This document shows, in pieces, positions 26,210-39,267 of a DNA stretch of 64,000 nucleotides. Position 1 is the first letter of the stretch; each line of letters starts with the position of its first letter. The notes beneath the pieces were generated by a model. The model was not told the DNA's origin, made no database searches, and saw nothing but the letters and a program-made list of their open reading frames with translations. Made by a program: the position numbers and the translations under genes. Source of the stretch: Octopus sinensis (Eukaryota); contig NC_043012.1 of the NCBI RefSeq assembly GCF_006345805.1, positions 52,514,001-52,578,000 of the forward strand, written 5' to 3'.

Positions 26210-26562
26210 TCTAATCTAGGTACAAGGACCGAAATTTTGTGGGAGGAGGCCAGTCGATTAGATTGACCTCTGTACGCAGGGATGAGAGGCAAGTCGACCG
26301 CGCTGGGATTTCAACTCAGAACGTAAATACAGACGAAATACCTATTTCTTTACTACCCACAAGGGGCTAAACACAGAGAGGACAAACCGGGACAGGCAAA
26401 GGGATTAAGTCGATTGTATCGACTCCAGTGCTTATTTAATCGACCCCGAAAGGATGAAAGGCAAAGTCAACCTCGGCGAAATTTGAACTCAGAACGTAGC
26501 GGCAGACGAAATACCGCTAAGCATTTGGCCCGGTGCGCTAACGTTTCTGCCATCTCGCAGCC
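26210..26562 (-). mobile_element. SINE-A dimer (tail-1 unit then tail-2 unit)
   Basis: Full head at right; internal junction AAAGAAATAG|GTATTTCGTC on the minus strand. Confidence 0.85.
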
Positions 26563-27644
26563 AGAAACATTGACAGTATGTGATGGCTTAAAATGAATCT
26601 CTTCACTGGTCTATTAATTCACAATTGAACTAAGATAGAACAACTGCAACATTAATACAATATAGATCTGTATTTATTACAAGAGTTTTCATTTGACTTT
26701 GCATCACTGACAACAGCACAATTTGAATTAGAGTAATATATATCCTTACATTTTCAAGGGGGAATCCCCAAAATGTATTTCAATTTTCTCGAGTTTTTTA
26801 AATAAAAATTAATTTAGTTACTTGATTCCCGAACGGATCATTCCTAACACAAAACTAGCCCACGCTAAGATCAGTGGTATGTGGTCACCATTTAAATTTT
26901 GTGGGGTTTCGCTGAGTGCCTAAGTTTGGATCGTGTGAAAAAAGGACTATAGATGAGAGAACACACACCGCACGCTTCCGTGAAAGGCACCGCCATCCGC
27001 GTGAAATGAAACCGTGAACACACTTTGTGACCGCGGAATGATGGAATCCAGAAGTCAATCTGATAGAGAAACGGTAGCGTTACAATTCTTTCTGTCGCAC
27101 TCGATGTTTACCTACAAACGACGACGTTAGTGGATAGTCGAGAATCGTAAAATAATAACATGCAAGTAATAAAAAACACAAACCACTCCAGGATATTTGC
27201 ATCTTGCTTCATTTCACTTGGAAATATATTCGTTGACGTTGTAATTTAATTTCAGCTTGAAAATGTCTGCTAACATTCAATGGATCGTTAGTTTAAGACA
27301 GAACATTTCATTTTTCTTTTAGTATTTCAGTAGCAAGACGGCCAGTCTGAGAGATCATATATTTCACAAAACCTATTAAGTACAAAAATGTATATCAAGT
27401 TAGTGGAATTTCTTTGAAGGAAAAATAGAACCTGTCAGAGACTACAACGAAAGGTTGTCAAAAACTACCAGTAATATGCTAACCAACTGACAATGTGGAA
27501 CTTCGAAGAAATGAAAAGTTAATTCTCGTGAACTGGATACTAACGGCAGATGAAATAGCCCAAAACATTTTCGTACCATCTCGTTTCTAAGGAATCAAAT
27601 TAAAGCATGTTTTGCCACTATGCTCACCAACATTCATTTGGATA

Positions 27645-27993
27645 TTCTTATTTCTTTACTGCCCACAAGGGGCTAAGCATAGAGGGGACAAGCAAGGACA
27701 GACAAGCGGATTAAGTCGATTACATCGACCCAAGTGCGTAACTGGTTCTCAATTTATTGACCCCGAAAGGATGAAAGGCAAAGTCGACCTCGGAGGAATT
27801 TGAACTCAGAACATAACAGCAAACGAAACACCTGTTTCTTTACTACCCACAAGGGGCTAAACATAGAGATGACAAACAAGGAAAGACATAGGTATTAAGT
27901 CGATGTAATCGACCCCAGTGCGTAACTGGTACTTAATTTATCGACCCCGAAAGGCAAAGTCGACCTCGGCGGAATTTGAACTCACAACGTAAT
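27645..27993 (-). mobile_element. SINE-A dimer, 5'-truncated
   Basis: Two tail-1 units with the same junction type. Confidence 0.85.
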
Positions 27994-28031
27994 TGTAATT
28001 GAGGGATACATACATACATACATACATACAT

Positions 28032-28151
<120 letters not shown>

Positions 28152-28231
28152 GTATAAATATATTGATAAAAATGGTAAGACAACAAAAGAAAGAAAGAAT
28201 CCTTGATATTATGTAAATAGAGGAATTTATT

Positions 28232-28396
28232 TGTAAATGTAATATGAGACAATTATTCGGTAGCCATGATAAAACTCCGAGTTTCGGATGCATGGCCGGA
28301 TAACTGAAGAGATGGCGGCGTGGATTTCCACCACAACATCCGAAACTCGAAGTTTTATTAGGGCTACCGAATAATTGTCACATATTACATTTACAG
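28232..28396. mobile_element. Inverted repeat (arms about 60 bp) enclosing a hammerhead 5' half
   Basis: 28232-28290 is the reverse complement of 28337-28396 with few mismatches. Confidence 0.8.
28299..28360 (+). ncRNA. Type-I hammerhead motif with a one-nucleotide irregularity at helix II
   Basis: Helix I AUAA/UUAU; CUGAAGA at 28304-28310; helix II GAUG/CAUC plus an extra C; GAAA; helix III ACU-CGGA-AGU; GUU triplet, cleavage after 28355. Confidence 0.6.
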
Positions 28397-28615
28397 ATAT
28401 ATATATATATATATATATACTTATATATATTTGAGTAGTTGAATGAATTATCTTGTTATGGATAATTCGGTTAACCGATACCTGGGTAGCAAATTCACAT
28501 CAGAGAAGACACGTTTGAAGTTACGTGCTTTCGTGTGGAAATTTGTATGTTTTTTTTTAAATTATAAATATATGAAAGAATGGAGTTGAACGACGAATTA
28601 ACAAAATTCCTTTAT

Positions 28616-28696
28616 TTTCGACATATGTTTCGAAGGCTGCATATTCCTAATTGCGAAGGAATAAGGAGTATATTATGCCGCTTTCTCATCAGGAAA
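28616..28696 (-). ncRNA. Type-I hammerhead ribozyme, left arm
   Basis: Helix I UUUC/GAAA; CUGAUGA; long helix II (10/12 pairs); GAAA; palindromic helix III ACAUAUGU; GUC cleavage between 28620 and 28619. Confidence 0.82.
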
Positions 28697-28745
28697 GTTA
28701 TCTAAAAGTTTTTTGTGCATCTTGATGTTGACATAAGTTCCTTGC

Positions 28746-28828
28746 TTATCCTGATGAGAAAGCGGCATAATATACTCCTTATTCCTTCGCAATTAGGAAT
28801 ATGCAGCCTTCGAAACATATGTCGAAAA
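28746..28828 (+). ncRNA. Type-I hammerhead ribozyme, right arm
   Basis: CUGAUGA at 28751-28757; helix II GAAAGCGGCAUA/UAUGCAGCCUUC; GAAA at 28812-28815; helix III ACAUAUGU; GUC cleavage after 28823; helix I has an A-A mismatch. Confidence 0.78.
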
Positions 28829-28868
28829 TAAAGGAATTTTGTTAATTCGTCGTTCAACTCCATTCTTT

Positions 28869-28969
<101 letters not shown>

Positions 28970-29386
28970 TCACAGACATATACACATTTGCACAAGAATC
29001 AAACATATACGTAATTACGTGATAGTGTCTCCGTCGGATTCATTGATGGCGTTTCAGCTCCTCGCCCAGCTGAACACCTGACTCCTTAAATTTATGAGTA
29101 TGTGGGTCAGCACTCCGCAATCAAGTGTACTCTTAGAGTAATTCTCAACAAGAGACAAACTATGGAACTATTTGACAAACCTAGTACTTTGATGTACTTG
29201 TACTCTCTAAACGGCGGGTTACGACATAGTTTCCGTCTCAACAACCGGGGTCGGCATGATGCTATTTTGAAAGTCAATCACCGGGTTCTCACACAAGACC
29301 TCAGAATTTCAAAGTAACTTCTTCACCACTCTCACAGATAAGATAGAAACACATTTTCCGTTGACCCTGTTCCGATACAAAAGCTA

Positions 29387-29797
29387 TACTCTTTTACTCT
29401 TTTACTTGTTTCAGTCATTTGACTGTGGCCATGATGGAAACCGCCTTTAGTCGAGCAAATCGCCCCTAGGACTTATTCTTTGTAAGCCTAGTACTTATTC
29501 TATCGGTCTCTTTTGCCGAACCGCTAGGTTACGTCAAATTAAACACACCAGAATCGGTTGTCAAGCGATGTTGGGGGAATAAACACAGACACACAAACAT
29601 ATACATACACAGATACACACATATATATACATATATACGACGGGCTTCTTTCAGTTTCCGTCTACCGAATCCACTCACAAGGCTTTGGTCAGCCCGAGGC
29701 TATAGTTGAAGACACTTGCCCAAAGTGCCATACAGTGGGACTGAACCCGGAATCATGTGGTAAGCAAGCTACTTACCACACAGCCACTCCTACGCCT
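29387..29797 (-). mobile_element. SINE-B copy
   Basis: Collinear with the other copies; tail (AAAAGAGT)n. Confidence 0.9.
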
Positions 29798-30269
29798 GTA
29801 TGGTAACAAAAATATACAAATAAAAGACAATCCTTCCTAGTGATGTTACGGAGCGGGATCGATATCACGACACTGTGCTACGAAGCGAACAGTCTTGCCA
29901 CTCGGCCACACGAAACACATTCGCATTCTCACACACGTCTATATTTACATCCAATGTCTGGACGATAGGAGGAGACAACGACTATAGAGGAGACAATAAT
30001 GAGTCTGTTGTAAATGAATTAAATATCGAAGGAGATAATTAAAAAAAAAACTAAAATAAATAAAATAAAATAACAAGCACAACTAGAAAAAAATGTATAA
30101 ATAAATAAATAATACAACAGTGAACGGTATATTACGAAATGGTGAATTTCTTCTGGTTATGGCGAGAATCTGATCAACAAATGGTTTTCTCTATAAATAG
30201 TGTTGAGTTTCCAGTAAATTACTCATCATCATCATCAATATCATAATCATCATCAGCTGATTGGCCAAT

Positions 30270-30731
30270 CAGTAGCAGACGTTTGTGTGAGTGTGTGTGA
30301 GTGTATGTGTGCATATGAAGGTGCGTGCGCGCCCGCATGTGTTTGTGTATGTCTCTATGTATATATCTTATGTGTGTGGTGTGTGTGTGTGTGCGCGCCT
30401 TGAATGTATGTAGTAACGTGCAAGCGTGTGTGTATGCTGTGATGTGTATATTAGAGTGAGTAGGCGTGCACATGAAGGTATGAGCGTACGTGTGTGTCTG
30501 TGTGTGCATATGTCTCTGTATGGATGAATGTGCCTCGAACTGTGTGTCAGAGCCAGTCTTTGTCTGTCTGTCTGTCTGTCTATTTCTCTCTCTTCCCCTC
30601 TCACCTTCTCGCTCTCCCCCCTTCTCTCTCTGTATACGTATATTAGTGTGGGTATATGTCTGCTTATACAAATCGGTATTTGTGCGTGTGTAAATATATA
30701 TGTATGTATGCAGACGGATATTGGGTATCAA

Positions 30732-30807
<76 letters not shown>

Positions 30808-30905
30808 TGTTTGTGTATGTATGTCCGTTCTAGGCAATACGCTTGTAACTGTATATTTGTGAGTGTGCATGTGTGCATACCAATGCCTATCTGAGTGTGT
30901 GTGCG

Positions 30906-30938
<33 letters not shown>

Positions 30939-31112
30939 TATATATATATATATATATTATATATATATATACATATATATATATAATTGTGTCTCTTCAA
31001 TTCCTTGTATATATATAATTAGCTTCGCTCTACGTGTGTATGTGCTTAACTTTACGTCTATCGGAATGCATATATGTATCTATGTATTTATATCTATCTA
31101 GATATCTATGTG

Positions 31113-31144
<32 letters not shown>

Positions 31145-32071
31145 TAGATATGTATATATACACACACACATACACGCATATATATACATATACGCATATA
31201 TATGCACGTATGTATGTGTTCTCTGTTTTTCTTTTACTTTTGTTTTGGGTTTTTTTTTTGTATTTTCGTTAAATCTAGCTTTGTTCTAACAAACTCGACA
31301 CGTCTTTAGTTGGCGCAAAAAGAAAGCCTAATTAATTTAATTAATTCTATACTTTAAAATAATATGAAGTGTTAAATCAAAATCAATTACAACACACACA
31401 AAAAAATACCACCGCGTCCATCATTCTCAGAATCTCATAATCTCGTCCAACATCTAACACACAACACTCTTTCATATCCTTAGTTTTCCTCCTCCAGCAC
31501 TTTCACTTTCACTCCCCCTCCACTCTTTCTCTCTATCTATTCTCCTGTTTATCAAATGATTTTCTTCCTCAATCGCTCTTCGTCTTTCTCATCCTCTCTC
31601 CCAAACTCTCTCTCTCTCTCTCTCTTTGTTTTTTTCTCGCTCTCATTTCTCCAGGCTGTCTTTATTTTATATATTTTTAACTCATCGTCTCCAACGCACA
31701 TTCCGTTGTCTCACATACACGCGCGCGCGTATAATGTACACACGCTTGCCTAGGCATACACGCACACAATTGCAAAGACATTACACGAACGCACATAAAC
31801 GAATACACACAAACATACACGTGCATCCGCACAGTCTTATTGCACCTTCTCAATCAATCCGCCTCTCTCAGCCATCGTTCAAATCTTTAGGCTCTTCCTT
31901 TCCTTTGTATACCTCGCCGTCGAAGTTTCAATGTCTGTTTTTCACAAAGCCTGCATTGTCTTATATGTATAAACATATATACACGTATATAATACACATA
32001 CACACACACATATTTATGTATATATATATATATATAAGATATATATATATATATATATATATATCTATAAT

Positions 32072-32104
<33 letters not shown>

Positions 32105-32420
32105 GAACTTATATGTTTATGAATCCATTTATGTATATACATGTGCAAATACCTGTAACTACGTGTATAAGATATAGACATATATGTATATATATACATG
32201 TGTGCTAGTGCGTGTATATATTTCTGCCTCCCTATCCATCTATTTAACTATCTACCTATCTATCTATCCATCTATCTGTCTGTCTATCTGTCTATCTATG
32301 TTACTTATAGACATTTTGGTATATTATATATATATATATATACAGATAGATATAAATAGATATATATATATATATATATATATACCTATATACATACACA
32401 CAGACATATATATATATTTA
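30270..32420. repeat. Extended compound microsatellite and low-complexity block
   Basis: (TG)n, (TC)n, (TA)n and (CTAT)n tracts. Confidence 0.85.
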
Positions 32421-32669
32421 TTTATATTCAGGGCATTACAATACATAAATGCCTCACGCTAGGTGGCATTTGGAGTAAAAACAACCATAATAAACACATT
32501 TTGTACCGAACGCGAAGGAACGTAACTCTCGAAGCGAGCCTTTTAAAAACAGATTCATCTGCAAATCATATTACTTTATAATTAGTGCACAAAATGCACT
32601 TTTTAATCGTCAGTGCATGCATAGTCAAGACATAAAAATGAACAAAAAACCAACATACCAGACGACCAC

Positions 32670-32700
<31 letters not shown>

Positions 32701-32740
32701 ATAGATATATACATATATTTTATATATCTATATATAGCTA

Positions 32741-32785
<45 letters not shown>

Positions 32786-32793
32786 TATATATA

Positions 32794-33668
32794 GTCATCT
32801 CATAAATAAGGCGGTTTGTTCAATCGCATGAACTAAAAGTAGGAGGGGGCCAGGATAAACTACCTCCATCAACTTGCTTTAAAAACCTTTTACATATTCT
32901 TAGTGCAAGTTTTGAAAAGTGAGTTCAGTTTTAACAGTAATTTTTTCAAAGCTATAATGGGAGTGAGAAAGGAGCATATTCGGCATAATTTGCTTTATGA
33001 GTTCAACAAAGGCAACAATGCAGCGGTAAATGCGGGAAATATTGATGTAGTATATAGAGGTTGGGCAATAAGCGTAAGTGAGTGTCAACGGTGTTTCCAG
33101 AAATTCCGAGTCGAAACTACAGCCTAGAACATAAGCCTCGTCCTAGAGAATTTGGCGAGGACGTCCTGCAAACGCTGGTAGAACAAAATCCCATCGTAAC
33201 TGTTGAGGAGCTAGCAGAGAAGCTTGGATTCGGTCATTTAGCCATTGATTGACTCCTGCGCTAGAAGAATAAACGACCACCTTTGGTTTTAAGACAAAAG
33301 GTATTCTTTCATCAGGAGAATGTTTGACGACATACAGTGAGGATGGTATTTCAAAGGCTGGCAAGTTGGAATGTGAAGCGATACCCCAACCCCTATATTT
33401 GCCGGACATTGCCTCATCTGATTATCATTTATTTCGTAGTCTACGAAAGCATTTGCACGGAAAAAAGTGAATTCTGTAAACGAGATCAGAACAGTACTCG
33501 AGGAGTATTTTTCATCATAGGCAAGTGAATATTTTAAGACCGACCTTGCAAGTCTACGAGATAGATAGACGAACATTGTAAAAAATGAAGGAGAGTATAT
33601 TGTAGATTAAAAAAGAAGTTTATCTTAATTTTGAAAAGTATAAAAAACGCATTATTTATGGGATGCAA
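32794..33668 (+). mobile_element. Mariner element, same family as 23017-24090, both TIRs, internal deletion
   Basis: Left TIR GTCATCTCATAAATAAGGCGG, right TIR CGCATTATTTATGGGATGC. MGVRKEHIRHNLLYEFNKG... then a jump from the HTH region to the C-terminal region. Confidence 0.9.
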
Positions 33669-34029
33669 TGCCCAGATCTTTTGGTCAAACTATCTCCATC
33701 TGCCTCAGATGCCAAGACATGAAAATTGTCAAAGTGATGTACAACGGTTAACCATTTTTCAAAAGTGTAGTAAGTCCCACATACAACGGTTTTGCAAAAG
33801 TATTTCTGATTGAATAGATCATACATGCATTGAGTTACGATTTTATGCATCCAACAAAATATTATTGTTGAGCCGAAAATGTTGCTAATGCGAAAAGAAA
33901 TGAAATGGTGAAACTATTTTTCTTTGTCGTCTGAAAAAGCAACGTTTCGGTCCTACGACACTTTTGCATAATAGCAACCATATGTTTAAAATTTGTTGAG
34001 TGCCCTTACTTTGTCCATTTACTCGTGTA

Positions 34030-34040
34030 TATATGTATAT

Positions 34041-34088
<48 letters not shown>

Positions 34089-34117
34089 TTTTTTTATATA
34101 TATATATGTATGTATAC

Positions 34118-34148
<31 letters not shown>

Positions 34149-34340
34149 TATATATATATTTGTACATATATATATTTATACATATATATATATATATAAT
34201 CATATATGTATGTATGTACATATATATATATATATGTAAGTGTGCGGGCGTATACATATATATGTAATATATACATACATATGTATGTGCACGTTCGTAT
34301 ATATATATATAATATATATATATGTGTGTGTGTGTGTGTG

Positions 34341-34381
<41 letters not shown>

Positions 34382-34385
34382 AGTA
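34030..34385. repeat. (TA)n/(TG)n microsatellite
   Basis: Direct reading. Confidence 0.9.
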
Positions 34386-35743
34386 TATACGTTGTTGAGT
34401 GAACATGCCAATGGACATAGAAGTCAACAGATAGCTGCAGTAGTAATTATTGAGCAACAGGCATGACTCGTCACATTTCTTACTAATACAATTCCTCAAA
34501 ATTCTGTCATGTGGAGTGCTCTCCCTTTATTTCCCACAACAATAAGGTCTTGATTCTTTTAAATTTTGTTTTGAATATTTTATGATTCTCTAGCAGCTTT
34601 TCGTTGGGTTTTTCATTTTTTCATTGTTTTCATTTATTGTGTAACTTCTAGCATTCTAAGAGCCTACTTGAGGCTTGTTCAAACGCTGGCGCTTATCGGT
34701 TTCTTAGGAGCGACATCGAATAAAAAAATATTAAGTAAGAATATATATTTCTAAAAAGATTGAACAGCGACTATGTAGATACTATTGAACGGTCTTCGGG
34801 AAGAGGCTCTTTATTGATCTTCGTCTATCGAGAAATTACAACATAAATAACAGGGAGGCAGTCATTGAAATAGACTACAATATGTTCCTAAGATACATTA
34901 CAAAGAACAGAAAGAAATCCAGTTTCGCTCAGCTAAAAGTTGTTTATAATTATTGATAATGTATTGACTTAAAACACATGAGAAGAAACATCGTCAATAA
35001 GAATCATGATTGGATTCGAACACACAAATGTGATTTATATCAATAAACAGAACCTCACTTGGCTACCTACCATCCTCCCTCCACCAACTACAGCACCTTC
35101 CCAAAAACTTAATTACAATATTGAAGAAGTTTCGAGTTATGTTACAATAATAACACTGCCACTTTGGCTAACTTGCTTGGATTTTGTCCAAATGATAATG
35201 CGTGAAACATAAACTGATACAATATTCCACAGGCTAATATTTCTTCTATTAGCTGAACAACAAATCTCACTTCCTCTTTGCTCTTTAAGCGATAAGCGAG
35301 AACTGTAAAACCGCAATGGGAAATGTTGGAAAATTTTACTAAAGATTTCTTACATAACTATTCACAATATCATTCATTGGTTGCTTATTTCAGCAATGGA
35401 TGAGATAATGAGGAGGTAATCTAACACTTCTCTGTTCATGGATCGTCAGTTCATAGTTGCTACTGGCGCTGAACTATATCCTTAAGCAAGATACTTAACT
35501 CATCTAGATTCTTCAATTTACCGAAGTAGAATTATGTGCCAACTAATAATAACAAAGATTTCTAAACTTTGGCACGGAGCCACACATTTCGAAGGAGGGG
35601 GTTGAGACAATTAAATCAACGGCCTCGGTACTTGACTGATACATATTTTATCGACTCGAGTAAGAATGAGTGATAGCTTTCGAACGGACAATATAAATGA
35701 CATAACTAAATGCAGCAAAACATTTGACAATTCATAGTCCGAA

Positions 35744-35791
<48 letters not shown>

Positions 35792-35807
35792 TATAATAAT
35801 AATAATA

Positions 35808-36158
35808 ATCCTTTCTACGAAAGGCACAAGGCCCGAAATTCTGGGGTAGGGGCTAGTCGATTACATTGACTCCAGTGCGTAACTGGTATTTAATTTATCG
35901 ACCCGAAAGGATGAAATGCAAACTCGATCTCAGGGGAATTTGAACTCAGAACGTAATGACGGACGAAATACCTATTTCTTTACTACCCACATAGGGGCTA
36001 AACACAGAGGGGACAAACAAGGACAGAGAAACGGTTTAAGTCGATTACATCGACCCCAGTGCGTAACTAGTACTTATTTAATCGACTCCGAAAGGATGAA
36101 AGGCAAAGTTGACCTCGGCGGAATTTGAACTCACAACGTAACGGCAGAGGAAATACCT
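35808..36158 (-). mobile_element. SINE-A dimer ending in (ATT)n
   Basis: Tail-1 unit, stereotyped junction, then tail-2 unit running into the AAT array at 35748-35808. Confidence 0.85.
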
Positions 36159-36171
36159 CTAATAATAATAA

Positions 36172-36530
36172 TACGACACTAGAAAAAGAGTGGGGAAAGG
36201 ATCACGATGGGGGATTTCCCTGATGGAGGAGAACCGCTAAGGATAATCAACCCCACCATCCCTGAGTACTAAGGACGAGAGCCCATTCCAACTTATTTCT
36301 TCCGATTTACAGGTATACACTGAGAGTGGTATCATCTACTCTTGCCATGTTTGCAATTTTTACCTACCTTTTGATAAATTCTCTCAAGGAGAGCACCTCC
36401 CTCTCCACCCTCACTTTCCTTTTCAAGTGAAACTTGCAAAAGTCGATGAGGACTTCATCAAAGACGAATATACTGTCTTCATTTCTTTCAGCTTCGTCCA
36501 TCAGATAATCTCTTTCTCCACAGCCACCAG
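36172..36530 (-). mobile_element. Tx1/L1-like LINE ORF2 C-terminus and 3' UTR
   Basis: Minus frames give VAVEKEII*WTKLKEMKT and LIDFCKFHLKRKVRVEREVLSLREFIKR*VKIANMARV, resembling the F..RW terminus of Tx1-type ORF2 (assignment from memory). Confidence 0.55.
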
Positions 36531-36574
36531 ACAAAGGTAAAATGCCTTGCCAGCCCGATTAAAGGAGGGCAGCG

Positions 36575-37627
36575 TGCAATCATCATTATAGATTTGTGCA
36601 AAACACAAAAACAGCAATTACAGGGCTTACTATCACTTTTAAAACAGTTCAATGATGACATCAGGACTGAATTTGACCTTGATATCAGAAGGAAAATGGC
36701 AGAAACTTCCAATTTTAAATTTGACCAAAAGAATGATATAAAAGTGTTACAACCAGAAGAAGGATACAGATACTCAGTGGTATATGAAGATGATGGAATT
36801 AAACATAAAACGATGAGGGAACAGATCTGAAAAGAATGTTATCGTAAGGTAAGGGTAATTCACAAGACAGATCTAAAGGCAAGAAACACGATCGAAGCAA
36901 TTGATACATAAGCCACACCGGTCGTAACTTACAGTTCTAATATTATTTATTGGTCAGTTACTGAAATATGCAAGCTTGGCCAAAAATTCGAAAACTGTTG
37001 ACAGTGAATAGAATACACCACCCTAAGGTAGATGTAGAACGAATTTACATGCCAAGAAACGAGGGTGGACGTTGACTCTTGCAACTTAAACTGACAATGA
37101 AGATTGCCACAACTAGGCCTTAACACTAAACTGAAAACTTCGGATGACTGGATGCTAAAACTTAGGTTAAAGTACGAAAACAAGAAAACCGCATACTCAG
37201 TAACAAAACAGGCAAGGAAATATCTGAGTTCCAAATACAGCAAGTCACAGAACTAAATGGGCAGGAAACAAGCACAAAAAAGCCAAACGTATGAAACCCT
37301 AGTTAAAACTGCTGCCCTAGATATTCTCAGTGATAAATGGCAAGAAAAATCTCTCGATGGCAAATACACAAAGAAAGCTAAAAATGTTGATATAGAGAAA
37401 ATCTTTACCCAACGGTTGGCACCTCCTGGCTTAAAATCAGAGACAGAAGTATATATCATAGCAGCCCAGGATCAATACCTACCTACAAAAAGCTATGAGG
37501 CCAACATCTGAAAGAACGGCAGCATCCCAAAATATCGTGTATGTAAACAACAAGTAGAAACCATTGATCATATTCACTCCGTGTGCAGCCTTCTTGCGCC
37601 CACAGAGTGCCTCAATAGGAAAGATAG
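36575..37627 (+). pseudogene. R4/Dong-clade LINE fragment, post-RT region to CCHC knuckle
   Basis: QLQGLL..KQFNDDIR.EF.LD; DGIKHKTMREQI; HHPKVDVERIYMPRNEGGR; GLKSETE..IIAAQDQYLPTK.Y.ANI; degenerate C..C....ETIDHI.S.C. Many stops and frameshifts. Confidence 0.88.
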
Positions 37628-37634
37628 AACGGCA

Positions 37635-37866
37635 AAGGCGGCGAGTTGGCAGAAATGTTAGCGCGCCGGGCGAAATGCTTAGTGGTCTGCCGCTATGTTC
37701 TGAGTTCAAAAAATCCGCCGAGGTCGGCTTTGCCTTTCATCCTTTCGAGGTCGATTAAGTAAGTACCAGTTACGTACTGGGGTCGATATAATCGACTTAA
37801 TCCGTTTGTCTGTCCTTGTTTGTCTCCTCTGTGTGTAGCCCCTTGTGGGCAGTAAAGAAATAAGAA
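37635..37866 (+). mobile_element. SINE-A monomer with tail type 1
   Basis: GGCGGCGAGTTGGCAGAAATGTTAGC head through GTGGGCAGTAAAGAAATAAG. Confidence 0.9.
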
Positions 37867-38062
37867 TAGCAAACTGTACTAGGAATTGCTCAAGAGTAAC
37901 TGGAAACGTTCAATGCGGAACAAGCCCGTTGTAGTTCATGTTTCGGCAGTTAGAAGCCACTACCCTCAGATATCAGTCTGTCGACTGGCATCCTCCTCTG
38001 GACTCCTACTGCCACGTGGTGCGTCTTTGTTTTGTAGTGCTTCTGCCCTGTCCGTTTTTGTG

Positions 38063-38515
38063 ATGGCTGAAACGAAGGAGCAACGTGCTTACGTGAAATT
38101 CTGTTTTCCGCAGGAGAAAACGGTGGCCGAAAGAGTTGTCGTATTTCAAACAGCGTACAAGCCGTTGTCATGAGCGAAACAACAGTTTACGAGTGGTTTT
38201 CAGGCTTTAGAAATGATCACTTGTCGCTTGAGGGCCAACTCCGTTCAGGGCAACCGTTGAGCTCCCGAAAAAATGAAAACGTCACGATAATTCATGAACT
38301 GATTTTTGGAGGGCCATCACCGAACAATTGACCAACATGTTGATATGACTGGTGTATCCAGAGGCTCCTCCCAACGAATTCTGAGCGAGGAATTACGAAT
38401 GAAAAGAGTTGCAGCAAAATTTGTGCCTCGCTTGCTCACAGAAGATCAAAATCTGTCTCGGCTGAATGCGTGTCGTGAACTGAAAGAACGGCTGGAAGTT
38501 GATCCGGATCTTTTT
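38063..38515 (+). pseudogene. Mariner transposase N-terminal half, irritans-like
   Basis: MAETKEQRAYVKFCF..KT..; VYEWF; MKRVAAKFVPRLLTEDQ; frameshifted and truncated. Confidence 0.88.
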
Positions 38516-38860
38516 TGAAAATAATATTTTTTTCATCTGTTACAACTGGCAATATTTCAGACACAGACACACACACACACACACACACACGCACGCACAC
38601 ACACACACATACACATACACAAAATTACGTGCTATGGGATTTGCAGATGTGGAAAAAGTGAAGAATAAATCATTGGTATAGTGATTTGTAATAAATCCTG
38701 TTTAATCCATCTTTCCTATTAAGATTTGTTTGTATGTGTGTGTGTGTGCGTATGTGAGTGTGCGTGTGTGTATGTGCGTATGTGTGTGTAATGGAAACAT
38801 TACCCGTTATTATATTATCCATAATGATTACATTTGATGAATATCTATAACTATTAATAA

Positions 38861-39267
38861 GGCGGCGAGCTGGCAGAATCGTTAGCATGCGGGCGAAATG
38901 CTTAGCGGTATTTCCTCTGCCGTTACGTTCTGAGTTCAAATTCTGCCGAGGTCGACTTTGCCTTTCATCCTTTCGGGGTCGATAAATTAAGTACCAGTAA
39001 CGGGGTCGATGGAATCGACTTAATCCGTTTGTCTTTCCTTGTTTGTCCTCTCTGTGTTTAGCCTCTTGTGGGTAGTAAAGAAATAGGTATTTCGTCTGCC
39101 GTTACGTTCTGAGTTCAAATTCCGCCAGGTCGACTTTACCTTTCATCCTTTCGGGGTCGATTAAATAAGTAACAGTTTCGCACTGGGGTCGATGTAATCG
39201 ACTTAATCCCTTTGTTTGTCCTTGGTTGTCCTCTCTGTGTTTAGCCCCTTGTGGGTAGTAAAGAAAT
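38861..39267 (+). mobile_element. SINE-A dimer with a perfect 17-bp TSD
   Basis: ATATCTATAACTATTAA at 38841-38857 and 39268-39284. Confidence 0.92.

Noticed and set aside
26830-27330. Moderately CpG-rich stretch that might be a promoter or DNA-transposon end (similar at 1700-1850)
   Set aside because: No TIR, TSD, ORF or core-promoter motif could be defined.
36172-36290. Possible HDV-like ribozyme (GCTAAGG) as the 5' UTR of the R4-like LINE
   Set aside because: P3/L3 and P1.1 could not be built, and the segment is better explained as the minus-strand 3' UTR of the Tx1-like fragment.
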